Shown here piece by piece: positions 1 to 13,100 of a stretch of 56,979 nucleotides of DNA; position 1 is the stretch's first letter; every line of letters starts with the position of its first letter. The notes under the pieces were generated by a model, which was given only the letters and a program-made list of their open reading frames with translations, was not told the origin of the DNA and searched no databases. The translations under genes were made by a program, and so were the position numbers. The stretch comes from Eledone cirrhosa (Eukaryota), in assembly GCA_964016885.1 (NCBI GenBank), contig CAXHJY010001216.1:1-56979 (forward strand), given 5' to 3'.

Positions 1-371
1 TATATATACACACATATATATATACATATATATATATATATACACATATATATATATACACATATATATATATACATATATATACATATATATACATATA
101 CATATATATATATATTATATATATACATATATATACATATATATATACATACATACATATATAATACATATATATACATATACATACATATATATACATA
201 TACATATACATACATATATATACATATACATATATATACATATATATATACATATATATACATATATATATACATATATATACATATACATACATATACA
301 TATATATACATATATACATATATATACATGTATATCTTGTATATATGTATATATATGTATATTATACATAC

Positions 372-402
<31 letters not shown>

Positions 403-1080
403 CATATACATATACATATATATATATATATACACATATATATATACACATATATATATATACACATATATATATATACACACACATATATATATACACA
501 TATATATATATATACACATATATATATATACATATACATACATATATATACATATATATACATATATATATACATATATATACATATACATATATATACA
601 TATACATACATATATATACATATACATACATATATATACATATACATACATATATATACATATACATACATATATATACATATACATATATATATACATA
701 TATATACATATATATATACATATATATACATATATATATACATATACATATATATACATATACATACATATACATATATATACATATATACATATATATA
801 CATGTATATCTTGTATATATGTATATATATGTATATATACATATATACATATATATACATATATATACACACAGACGTACATATAAAAAACGTATATATA
901 CACACATACATTCACAAACATATATATACACATACATATACGCATTTATATATATACTCAGACACACGTATATACACATACACACATATATATATACACA
1001 CATACATATATATATACATACACACACACATACACATATACATACACACACACATACACACACACATATATATATATACA
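1..1080. repeat. Degenerate (TA)n/(TACA)n/(CA)n microsatellite
   Basis: Directly visible; ORFs here are Y/I/H/T low-complexity artefacts. Motif catgtatatcttgtatatatgtatat recurs at ~327 and ~801. Confidence 0.97.
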
Positions 1081-1309
1081 TTTATTTATTTACACACACA
1101 TATATATATACCATCACACACATTGTTTTTATATTTATTTCGCAATATTCTTGGTGTAAAATTATATGTCTAAACAGATAGTGTTACCAATTAGGTGTGT
1201 TTGGGGGGGGGGGGGCGTCATGCTGCCGCTAAAAACACACACGTCATTTGAGTTTCACATTAGTTTTATTATTATATTTTTATATTTTCATTGTTAAATT
1301 AGTCTTGCC

Positions 1310-1430
1310 ATTGTGCACTTTTACTCGACCTTATTGTAAACCCCCACTGTCCCTGTCTTTGTATTGTCCCCTACATGTCGGCCCTTATGGCTAATAAATG
1401 AAATCATTATTATTATTATTATTTATTACT
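1310..1430 (+). mobile_element. Possible LINE 3' end with AATAAA and (TTA)n tail
   Basis: ...gcccttatggctAATAAAtgaaatc followed by (tta)n; resemblance to retroelement 3' ends is recalled, not verified. Confidence 0.25.
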
Positions 1431-1432
1431 AT

Positions 1433-1638
1433 AAGGTGCTGGATTAGCAGTATCGGTAGAGTATCAGTAGAGTATGCTTTGTGGCAGAGAGTTACTGCCC
1501 TTTACGTTCTGAGGTCAAATCCCGCCGAAGTTAACTTTGCCTTTCATCCTTGCAGGGTCGATAAAATAAAGTACCAGTAATGCACTGGGGTAATTGCTGG
1601 CATTGTGCCAAAAGTAGAAACATTATTATTATTATTAT
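1433..1638 (+). mobile_element. tRNA-derived SINE (octopus-type)
   Basis: A-box-like ttagcagtatcgg, B-box-like gaggtcaaatccc, body gcctttcatcct..ggtcgataaaataaagtaccagt, (TTA)n tail; homologous to several other copies in the window. Confidence 0.85.
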
Positions 1639-1855
1639 AGGGCGGTGGATTAGCAGAATCAGTAGAGTATCGGACAATATGCTTTGTGGCATAGAGTTTC
1701 GGACCTTTACGTTCTGAGTTTACATCCCGCCAAGGTTAACTTTGCCTTTCATCCTTACGGGGTCAATAAAATAAAGCACCAGTAACATACTGGGGTCGAT
1801 TTAATCGACTTTCCCCTCTCCCCAAATTACTGGCCCTGTGCCTATACTAGAAATC
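1639..1855 (+). mobile_element. Second SINE of the same family, directly after the tail of the first
   Basis: ggcggtggattagcagaatc...gttaactttgcctttcatccttacggggtcaataaaataaagcaccagt...ggggtcgatttaatcgac; aligns to 1433-1620. Confidence 0.85.
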
Positions 1856-1902
1856 ATTTTTATATTGTTCAGTTACCAACCAGACTATATCCCATATGAC
1901 GG

Positions 1903-4140
1903 AAACCAGTAAAAGAAAGTTAGTGCCCCAGCATGGCCACAGTCTATTGACTGAAACCAGTAAAAATAGTGCTCCAGCATGACTACAATCTATTAACTGC
2001 AACCAGTAAAAGAATGCAATGCCCCAGCATGGCCGCAGTCTAATATCTGAAACCAGTCAAGGAAGGCAGTGCTCCAGCATGGCAACAGTACAATCACTAA
2101 CACCAGTGCCCCAGTATGGCCATTATCTAATGTCTGGAACCAGTAAAAAATGCAATGCACCAGCATGGCCACAGTTAAAGTATGGAATGGAAGGCATTGC
2201 CCTATCATGGCCACAGCTAAAGATGAGAATAAAAGGCATTGCCCTAGCATGGCCACAGCTAAAGATGAGAATAAAAGGCATTGCCCTAGCATGGCCACAG
2301 CTAAAGATGAGAATAAAAGGCATTGCCCCAGCATGGTCACAGTTAAAGAGAATAAAAGAATAGCCAGTTGCACCAGCATGGGCACAGCTAAAGAGAATAA
2401 AAGAATACCCAGTTGCCCCAGCAGGGCCACAGCTAAGGATGAAATAACAGAATAGCTAGTTGCACCAGCATGGCCACAGCTGAGGAGGAGAATAAAAGAA
2501 TAGCCAGTTGCCCCAGCATGGCCACAGCTAAAGAGGAGAATAAAAGAATAGCCAGTTGCCCCAGCATGGCCACAGCTAAAGAGGAGAATAAAAGAATAGC
2601 CAGTTGCCCCAGCATGGCCACAGCTAAGGAGGAGAATAACAGAATAGCCAGTTGACCCAGCATGGCCACAGCTAAGGATGAGTATAAAAGAATAGCCAGT
2701 TGCCCCAGCATGGCCACAGCTAAAGAGGAGAATAAAAGAATAGCCAGTTGCCCCAGCATGGCCACAGCTAAGGAGGAGAATAAAAGAATAGCCAATTGCC
2801 CCAGCATGGCCACAAATAAGAGGAGAATAAAAGAATAGCCAGTTGCCCCAGCATGGCCACAGCTAAGGATGAGTATAAAAGAATAGCCAGTTGCCCCAGC
2901 ATGGCCACAGCTAAGGATGAGTATAAAAGAATAGCCAGTTGCCCCAGCATGGCCACAGCTAAAGAGGAGAATAAAAGAATAGCCAGTTGCCCCAGCATGG
3001 CCACAGCTAAAGAGGAGAATAAAAGAATAGCCAGTTGCCCCAGCATGGCCACAAATAAGAGGAGAATAAAAGAATAGCCAGTTGCCCCAGCATGGCCACA
3101 AATAAGAGGAGAATAAAAGAATAGCCAGTTGCCCCAGCATGGCCACAAATAAGAGGAGAATAAAAGAATAGCCAGTTGCCCCAGCATGGCCACCGCTAAA
3201 GAGGAGAATAAAAGAATAGCCAGTTGCTCCAGCATGGCCACAGTTAAGGAGGAGAATAAAAGAATAGCCAGTTGCCCCAGCATGGCCACAGCTAAGGATG
3301 AGTATAAAAGACTAGCCATTTGCCCCAGCACGGCCACAGCTAAGGATGAGTATAAAAGAATAGCCAGTTGCCCCAGCATGGCCACAGCTAAGGATGAGTA
3401 TAAAAGAATAGCCAGTTGCCCCAGCATGGCCACAGCTAAGGATGAGTATAAAAGAATAGCCAGTTGCCCCAGCATGGCCACAGCTAAAGAGGAGAATAAA
3501 AGAATAGCCAGTTGCCCCAGCATGGCCACAGCTAAAGAGGAGAATAAAAGAATAGCCAGTTGCCCCAGCATGGCCACAGCTAAAGGCGAGAATAAAAGAA
3601 TAGCCAGTTGCCCCAGCATGGCCACAGCTAAAGGTGAGAATAAAAGAATAGCCAGTTGCCCCAGCATGGCCACAGCTAAAGGCGAGAATAAAAGAATAGC
3701 CAGTTGCCCCAGCATGGCCACAGCTAAGGAGGAGAATAAAAGAATAGCCAGTTGCCCCAGCATGGCCACAGTTAAGGAGGAGAATAAAAGAATAGCCAGT
3801 TGCCCCAGCATGGCCACAGTTAAGGAGGAGAATAAAAGAATAGCCAGTTGCCCCAGCATGGCCACAGTTAAGGAGGAGAATAAAAGAATAGCCAGTTGCC
3901 CCAGCATGGCCACAGTTAAGGAGGAGGATAAAAGAATAGCCAGTTGCCCCAGCATGGCCACAGCTAAGGAGGAGAATAAAAGAATAGCCAGTTGCCCCAG
4001 CATGGCCACAGCTAAGGAGGAGAATAAAAGAATAGCCAGTTGCCCCAGCATGGCCACAGCTAAGGAGGAGAATAAAAGAATAGCCAGTTGCCCCAGCATG
4101 GCCACAGTTAAGGAGGAGGATAAAAGAATAGCCAGTTGCC
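1903..4140. repeat. 48-bp minisatellite (gccacagctaa(a/g)gaggagaataaaagaatagccagttgccccagcatg) with degenerate and 42-bp precursor units on the left
   Basis: Period counted directly; 42-bp units at ~2209-2340; degenerate units at 1903-2200. Confidence 0.95.
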
Positions 4141-4424
4141 TGTATCTATTCTGTTCTGGTTTCTATTCTCTTCAACTTCAAAATATTAAACATTAATGAT
4201 ATTAATAGCAAAACATGTGATTTCTCATTATTGTTTATTGATAGCTATTACTGATGGTTGGTTTAGCAACCTCATTCACAGCAATATGGAACATATCATG
4301 TGAGATCTGACCCACTGACCCATCTTAAAAGACTCATTAATTACTGATCTGGTCATTAATGAACCCATCAAACCCATGCCAGTGAAGAAGAGTGAATATA
4401 AAATGCTGAAAAACATTGATGCTG

Positions 4425-5276
4425 CATTTCATAGGTTTCTCAGGTGTTTTAATGATAGTGGCCCCAACACTGTTATAATACCTCACACCTATGTAGGTGG
4501 TAACTAACCTATGATGTGGCATTTCATGAGAGGTTTCTCAGGTGTTTTAATGATAGTGGCCCCAACACTGTTGTAATACCTCACACCTATGTAGGTGGTA
4601 ACTAACCTATGATGTGGCATTTCATGAGAGGTTTCTCAGGTGTTTTAATGATAGTGACCCCAACACTGTTATAATACCTCACACCTATGTAGGTGGTAAC
4701 TAACCTATGATGTGGCATTTCATGAGAGGTTTCTCAGGTGTTTTAATGATAGTGACCCCAACACTGTTATAATACCTCACACCTATGTAGGAGTTAATTA
4801 ACCTATGATGTGGCATTTCATGAGAGGTTTCTCAGGTGTTTTAATGATAGTGGCCCCAACACTGTTGTAATACCTCACACCTATGTAGGAGTTAATTAAC
4901 CTATGATGTGGCATTTCATGAGAGGTTTCTCAGGTGTTTTAATGATAGTGGCCCCAACACTGTTGTAATACCTCACACCTATGTAGGAGGTAACTAACCT
5001 ATGATGTGGCATTTCATGAGAGGTTTCTCAGGTGTTTTAATGATAGTGGCCCCAACACTGTTGTAATACCTCACACCTATGTAGGAGGTAACTAACCTAT
5101 GATGTGGCATTTCATGAGAGGTTTCTCAGGTGTTTTAATGATAGTGACCCCAACACTGTTGTATCACCTCACACCTATGTAGGAGTTAATTAACCTATGA
5201 TGTGGCATTTCATGAGAGGTTTCTCAGGTGTTTTAATGATAGTGGCCCCAACACTGTTGTAATACCTCACACCTAT
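4425..5276. repeat. 98-bp minisatellite, left homogeneous block (~8.7 copies)
   Basis: caggtgttttaatgatagtg recurs at 4441, 4539, 4637 etc. Confidence 0.95.
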
Positions 5277-5778
5277 CATCATCATCATCGTTTAACGTCT
5301 ATCTTCCACGCTAGCATGGGTTTAGACGGGAATTGCACCACTTGAGGCAAGATTGGTCAGGTGACCATGTCTTGCTCGTATAGGACTGTCTTGCAGGTTT
5401 TCTCCGGCTGGATACCCTTCCTAACACCAACCACATTTACAGTGTGGACTGGGAGGTTTTTACCATGTTACCTACACGGCCACATTACAGCGTGGACTGT
5501 GTGTCATGACACCTACACAACCTCATTTATTTTGGACTGGATGTTGTGGTACTAATCTAAATTTACAGGAGTGTGGGGGGTAAGGGTAGTAGGGGGGTAT
5601 ATTTGGTTAAGAGGAGCCTACTGACTGTAGGGTTCGCTTTGTACATAGGCAAGGCAGGTATTCTGTATTACTGCGTAGTGCCAAAGATCTCGGTCCAGTG
5701 ACATTGTCTTAGAGAGGTGTAAGTGTGTAAGGTCGGAATTTATCAAATTGTCCCAGGTTTTTCTGGGTCTACCTAGAT
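5275..5778 (-). mobile_element. 5'-truncated RTE-clade LINE (ORF C-terminus, 3' UTR, (GAT)n tail)
   Basis: Minus-strand translation GRPRKTWDNLINSDLTHLHLSKTMSLDRDLWHYAV matches the RTE C-terminal GRP..W....D....DR..W motif; (cat)n tail at 5275-5289. Confidence 0.85.
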
Positions 5779-6240
5779 GTGGTAACTGCCCTATGATGTT
5801 GTATTTCATTAGGTTCTCAGGTGTTTTAATGATAGTGGCCCCAACACTGTTGTAACACCTCTCACTTATGTAGGTGGTAACTGACCTATGATGTTGTATT
5901 TCATTAGGTTCTCGGGTGTTTTAATGATAGTGGCCCCAACACTGTTGTATCACCTCACACCTATGTAGGTGGTAACTGGATTTCTATGATGTTATAACAC
6001 GAGAGGTTTCTCAGGTGTTTTAATGATAGTGGCGCCAGTATTGTTGTTATAACTCACACCTATGTAGGTGGTAACTGTCCTATGATGTTATAACTCATGA
6101 GAGGTTTCACGGGTGTTTTAATGATAGGAGCCCTAGTCCTATCATGTGGCTATAGCTCATACCTATGTAAGTTTAACTGATCTTCTATGTTGTAACTCAT
6201 GTAAGGTTTCTCAGGTGTTTTAATGAGAGTGGCCCCAATA
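5779..6240. repeat. 98-bp minisatellite, right diverged block (~4.7 copies)
   Basis: Same unit resumes at gtggtaact after the RTE insertion, with increasing divergence. Confidence 0.9.
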
Positions 6241-6267
6241 TTGCTGTTGGAACCCAGCCCCATCATA

Positions 6268-6386
6268 CAAAGCAACATGAAATAAATTGTTTTACTCATG
6301 AATCACAAGCTACTCAGTCCAGGAATTGAACTCATGATGTTACTCTGATGAGATCTTCACCCTAATCAATAGCTCACATGTCTGCA
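6268..6386 (-). mobile_element. Degenerate tRNA-derived SINE head (second family)
   Basis: Reverse complement shows B-box-like gagttcaattcctgga and A-box-like gagctattgattagg. Confidence 0.45.
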
Positions 6387-6394
6387 TATGTACA

Positions 6395-6750
6395 ATGGTA
6401 GTGGTGGTGGTGGTGTTGCTGCTGGTGTTGGTGAAGATGGTGATGATGATGGTGATGATGATGGTGGTAGTGACCATGGTGGTAATGATGATGGTGGTGG
6501 TAATGATGATGGTGTTGGTGGTGATGGTAATGATGATGGTGGTGGTGGTAATGATGATGGTGATGATGGTGGTGGTGGTGGTAATGATGATGGTGGTAAT
6601 GGTAATGATGATGGTGGTGATGGTGATGGTGATGATGATGATGATGGTGATGATGATCATGGTGGTAATGATGATGGTGGTGGTGATCATGATGATGATG
6701 GTGGTGGTGATGATGGTGGTGATGATCATGGTGGTAATGATGATGGTGAT
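6395..6750. repeat. (GAT/GGT/AAT)n trinucleotide microsatellite
   Basis: Directly visible. Confidence 0.95.
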
Positions 6751-6989
6751 GGGGGCATCCGAGAAATATTTCGCAATGTGAGACTGTTACAAGAAAGTAA
6801 AAAAAAAAAAAAACCCTCTCAAAATTCAAGGTAGAAATTTTTTAACTTTTAACTTGTATCAGACATTTGTAACCCAAGGCCCTTGTCTTGTCCCTCTCAT
6901 CCCCAGGCCAATATACTGAACCCTGCTCCCCTCTTATATACCCTGTCTGCGCTACTATATAGCAATGACATAAGACAAAGCTGAGAAAA

Positions 6990-7065
6990 GGAGTAGTACT
7001 GGATATCTTTATCAACTCCTTAATACTGAGAGTTAAAGTTAACCCGACTGGGATTTGAACTCTGT
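6990..7065 (-). mobile_element. Highly degenerate SINE fragment
   Basis: aaagttaacccgactgggatttgaactc resembles the reverse complement of the SINE core (cf. 56586-56612). Confidence 0.4.
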
Positions 7066-7084
7066 ATCCAAATATAAATCCAGG

Positions 7085-7160
7085 GTCATCTCCCTCCTGT
7101 TGGAGGAACTCCTTACCTGTTTCACCTCCACTGCTTCCTATATCTGGCCATATTGAGCCA
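7085..7160 (-). pseudogene. RTE LINE ORF C-terminus, distal half (left flank of the 51-mer array)
   Basis: Minus translation continuing out of the array: NDLAQYLSSTWLNMARYRKQWR*NR, then (frameshift) EFLQQE. Confidence 0.7.
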
Positions 7161-10100
7161 TGTGGAGCTGAGATATTGGGCTAGATCATTGCACTATATT
7201 ACCTTGGGTCATGTGGAGCTGAGATATTGGGCTAGATCATTGCACTATATTACCTTGGGTCATGTGGAGCTGAGATATTGGGCTAGATCATTGCACTATA
7301 TTACCTTGGGTCATGTGGAGCTGAGATATTGGGCTAGATCATTGTACTATATTACCTTGGGTTATGTGGGGCTGAGATATTGGGCTAGATCATTGTACTA
7401 TATTACCTTGGGTTATGTGGGGCTGAGATATTGGGCTAGATCATTGCACTATATTACCTTGGGTCATGTGGAGCTGAGATATTGGGCTAGATCATTGCAC
7501 TATATTACCTTGGGTCATGTGGAGCTGAGATATTGGGCTAGATCATTGCACTATATTACCTTGGGTCATGTGGAGCTGAGATATTGGGCTAGATCATTGT
7601 ACTATATTACCTTGGGTTATGTGGGGCTGAGATATTGGGCTAGATCATTGTACTATATTACCTTGGGTTATGTGGGGCTGAGATATTGGGCTAGATCATT
7701 GCACCATATTACCTTGGGTCATGTGGGGCTGAGATATTGGGCTAGATCATTATACCATGTTACCTTGGGTCATGTGGGGCTGAGATATTGGGCTAGATCA
7801 TTATACCATGTTACCTTGGGTCATGTGGGGCTGAGATATTGGGCTAGATCATTATACAATGTTACCTTGGGTCATGTGGAGCTGAGATATTGGGCTAGAT
7901 CATTATACCATGTTACCTTGGGTCATGTGGGGCTGAGATATTGGGCTAGATCATTGTACCATATTGCCTTGGGTCATGTGGAGCTGAGATATTGGGCTAG
8001 ATCATTATACCATGTTACCTTGGGTCATGTGGGGCTGAGATATTGGGCTAGATCATTGCACCATATTACCTTGGGTCATGTGGGGCTGAGATATTGGGCT
8101 AGATCATTATACCATGTTACCTTGGGTCATGTGGGGCTGAGATATTGGGCTAGATCATTATACCATGTTACCTTGGGTCATGTGGGGCTGAGATATTGGG
8201 CTAGATCATTATACAATGTTACCTTGGGTCATGTGGAGCTGAGATATTGGGCTAGATCATTATACCATGTTACCTTGGGTCATGTGGGGCTGAGATATTG
8301 GGCTAGATCATTGTACCATATTGCCTTGGGTCATGTGGAGCTGAGATATTGGGCTAGATCATTATACCATATTACCTTGGGTCATGTGGGGCTGAGATAT
8401 TGGGCTAGATCATTGTACGATGTTACCTTGGGTCATGTGGGGCTGAGATATTGGGCTAGATCATTACACCATATTACCTTGGGTCATGTGGGGCTGAGAT
8501 ATTGGGCTAGATCATTATACCATGTTACCTTGGGTCATGTGGGGCTGAGATATTGGGCTAGATCATTATACCATGTTACCTTGGGTCATGTGGGGCTGAG
8601 ATATTGGGCTAGATCATTGTACTATATTACCTTGGGTCATGTGGGGCTGAGATATTGGGCTAGATCATTATACCATGTTGCCTTGGGTCATGTGGAGCTG
8701 AGATATTGGGCTAGATCATTATACCATATTACCTTGGGTCATGTGGGGCTGAGATATTGGGCTAGATCATTGTACCATGTTACCTTGGGTCATGTGGGGC
8801 TGAGATATTGGGCTAGATCATTGTACCATGTTACCTTGGGTCATGTGGGGCTGAGATATTGGGCTAGATCATTATACCATGTTGCCTTGGGTCATGTGGA
8901 GCTGAGATATTGGGCTAGATCATTACACCATATTGCCTTGGGTCATGTGGAGCTGAGATATTGGGCTAGATCATTGTACCATGTTACCTTGGGTCATGTG
9001 GGGCTGAGATATTGGGCTAGATCATTGTACCATGTTACCTTGGGTCATGTGGGGCTGAGATATTGGGCTAGATCATTGTACCATGTTACCTTGGGTCATG
9101 TGGGGCTGAGATATTGGGCTAGATCATTGTACCATGTTACCTTGGGTCGTGTGGGGCTGAGATATTGGGCTAGATCATTGTACCATATTGCCTTGGGTCA
9201 TGTGGGGCTGAGATATTGGGCTAGATCATTACACCATATTGCCTTGGGTCATGTGGGGCTGAGATATTGGGCTAGATCATTATACCATGTTACCTTGGGT
9301 CATGTGGGGCTGAGATATTGGGATAGATCATTATACCATGTTACCTTGGGTCATGTGGGGCTGAGATATTGGGATAGATCATTACACCATATTGCCTTGG
9401 GTCATGTGGGGCTGAGATATTGGGATAGATCATTATACCATGTTACCTTGGGTCATGTGGGGCTGAGATTGGGCTAGATCATTACACCATATTGCCTTGG
9501 GTCATGTGGAGCTGAGATATTGGGCTAGATCATTACACCATATTACCTTGGGTCATGTGGGGATGAGATATTGGGCTAGATCATTGTACCATGTTACCTT
9601 GGGTCATGTGGGGCTGAGATATTGGGCTAGATCATTGTACCATGTTACCTTGGGTCATGTGGGGCTGAGATATTGGGCTAGATCATTGTACCATGTTACC
9701 TTGGGTCGTGTGGGGCTGAGATATTGGGCTAGATCATTGTACCATATTGCCTTGGGTCATGTGGGGCTGAGATATTGGGCTAGATCATTACACCATATTA
9801 CCTTGGGTCATGTGGGGCTGAGATATTGGGCTAGATCATTATACCATGTTACCTTGGGTCATGTGGGGCTGAGATATTGGGATAGATCATTATACCATGT
9901 TACCTTGGGTCATGTGGGGCTGAGATATTGGGATAGATCATTACACCATATTGCCTTGGGTCATGTGGGGCTGAGATATTGGGATAGATCATTATACCAT
10001 GTTACCTTGGGTCATGTGGGGCTGAGATTGGGCTAGATCATTACACCATATTGCCTTGGGTCATGTGGAGCTGAGATATTGGGCTAGATCATTACACCAT

Positions 10101-13100
10101 ATTACCTTGGGTCATGTGGGGCTGAGATATTGGGCTAGATCATTACACCATATTGCCTTGGGTCATGTGGGGCTGAGATATTGGGCTAGATCATTGTACC
10201 ATATTACCTTGGGTCATGTGGAGCTGAGATATTGGGCTAGATCATTGCACCATATTACCTTGGGTCATGTGGAGCTGAGATATTGGGCTAGATCATTACA
10301 CCATGTTACCTTGGGTCATGTGGGGCTGAGATATTGGGCTAGATCATTGTACCATGTTACCTTGGGTCATGTGGAGCTGAGATATTGGGCTAGATCATTA
10401 CACCATGTTGCCTTGGGTCATGTGGAGCTGAGATATTGGGTTAGATCATTACACCATATTGCCTTGGGTCATGTGGGGCTGAGATATTGGGCTAGATCAT
10501 TACGCCATATTACTTGGGTCATGTGGAGCTGAGATATTGGGCTAGATCATTACACCATATTGCCTTGGGTCATGTGGGGCTGAGATATTGGGCTAGATCA
10601 TTACACCATATTACCTTGGGTCATGTGGAGCTGAGATATTGGGCTAGATCATTACACCATATTGCCTTGGGTCATGTGGAGCTGAGATATTGGGCTAGAT
10701 CATTACACCATATTGCCTTGGGTCATGTGGAGATGAGATATTGGGCTAGATCATTACACCATGTTACCTTGGGTCATGTTGGGCTGAGATATTGGGCTAG
10801 ATCATTGTACCATGTTACCTTGGGTCATGTGGGGCTGACATATTGGGCTAGATCATTACACCATATTACCTTGGGTCATGTGGAGCTGAGATATTGGGCT
10901 AGATCATTGCACCATATTGCCTTGGGTCATGTGGGGCACCCCATCATTACACCATATTGCCTTGGGTCATGTGGGCTGAGATATTGGGCTAGATCATTAA
11001 CCATTTTACCTTGGGTCATGTGGGGCTGAGATATTGGGCTGAGATATTGCTAACCATTTACTATTTTCATCTCAAATTTGCTCACCAACCCCACACCAAT
11101 TGACCTATTTATCTAATATTACTCACTAGATCATTACACCATATTACCTTGGGTCATGTGGGGCTGAGATATTGGGCTAGATCATTATACCATGTTACCT
11201 TGGGTCATGTGGGGCTGAGATATTGGCTAGATCATTATACCATGTTACCTTGGGTCATGTGGGGCTGAGATATTGGGCTAGATCATTGTACTATATTACC
11301 TTGGGTCATGTGGGCTGAGATATTGGGCTAGATCATTATACCATATTGCCTTGGTCAATTGGAGCTCAATTGGGCTAGATCATTATACCATATTACCTCA
11401 CAATTACACACTAATACCCTTGACAAGGCTGAGATATTGGGCTAGATCATTGTAGTACCATGTTACCTTGGGTCATGTGGGGCTGAGATATTGGGCTAGA
11501 TCATTGTACCATGTTACCTTGAGTCATGTGGGGCTGAGATATTGGGCTAGATCATTGTACCATGTTACCTTGGGTCGTGTGGGGCTGAGATATTGGGCTA
11601 GATCATTGTACCATATTGCCTTGGGTCATGTGGGGCTGAGATATTGGGCTAGATCATTACACCATATTACCTTGGGTCATGTGGGGCTGAGATATTGGGC
11701 TAGATCATTATACCATGTTACCTTGGGTCATGTGGGGCTGAGATATTGGGATAGATCATTATACCATGTTGCCTTGGGTCATGTGGGGCTGAGATATTGG
11801 GATAGATCATTACACCATATTGCCTTGGGTCATGTGGGGCTGAGATATTGGGATAGATCATTATACCATGTTACCTTGGGTCATGTGGGGCTGAGATTGG
11901 GCTAGATCATTACACCATATTGCCTTGGGTCATGTGGAGCTGAGATATTGGGCTAGATCATTACACCATGTTACCTTGGGTCATGTGGAGCTGAGATATT
12001 GGGCTAGATCATTGTACCATATTACCTTGGGTCATGTGGAGCTGAGATATTGGGCTAGATCATTGCACCATATTACCTTGGGTCATGTGGGGCTGAGATA
12101 TTGGGCTAGATCATTACACCATATTGCCTTGGGTCATGTGGGGCTGAGATATTGGGCTAGATCATTGTACCATATTACCTTGGGTCATGTGGAGCTGAGA
12201 TATTGGGCTAGATCATTGCACCATATTACCTTGGGTCATGTGGAGCTGAGATATTGGGCTAGATCATTACACCATGTTACCTTGGGTCATGTGGGGCTGA
12301 GATATTGGGCTAGATCATTGTACCATGTTACCTTGGGTCATGTGGAGCTGAGATATTGGGCTAGATCATTACACCATGTTGCCTTGGGTCATGTGGAGCT
12401 GAGATATTGGGTTAGATCATTACACCATATTGCCTTGGGTCATGTGGGGCTGAGATATTGGGCTAGATCATTACGCCATATTACTTGGGTCATGTGGAGC
12501 TGAGATATTGGGCTAGATCATTACACCATATTGCCTTGGGTCATGTGGGGCTGAGATATTGGGCTAGATCATTACACCATATTACCTTGGGTCATGTGGA
12601 GCTGAGATATTGGGCTAGATCATTACACCATATTGCCTTGGGTCATGTGGAGCTGAGATATTGGGCTAGATCATTGTACCATGTTACCTTGGGTCATGTG
12701 GGGCTGACATATTGGGCTAGATCATTACACCATATTACCTTGGGTCATGTGGAGCTGAGATATTGGGCTAGATCATTGCACCATATTGCCTTGGGTCATG
12801 TGGGGCTGAGATATTGGGCTAGATCATTACACCATATTGCCTTGGGTCATGTGGGGCTGAGATATTGGGCTAGATCATTACACCATATTGCCTTGGGTCA
12901 TGTGGGGCTGAGATATTGGGCTAGATCATTACACCATGTTACCTTGGGTCATGTGGAGCTGAGATATTGGGCTAGATCATTGCACCATATTGCCTTGGGT
13001 CATGTGAGGCTGAGATATTGGGCTAGATCATTACACCATATTGCCTTGGGTCATGTGGGGCTGAGATATTGGGCTAGATCATTACACCATATTGCCTTGG

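Noticed and set aside
1433-1855. tRNA genes
   Set aside because: A/B-box-like motifs belong to SINE heads; no complete cloverleaf.
2123-4196. ORFs (MATAKEENKRIASCPS)n and (LAVAMLGQLAILLFSS)n
   Set aside because: Translations of a 48-bp minisatellite with frameshifting 47-bp units; no unique coding flanks.
6345-6360. CTGATGAG hammerhead-like core
   Set aside because: No downstream stem II plus GAAA; lies in a degenerate SINE head.
6340-6834. Poly-His/Gly-Asp ORFs (also poly-Ser/Asn at 26274 and poly-His at 27758)
   Set aside because: Trinucleotide microsatellites open in most frames; no splice or coding context.
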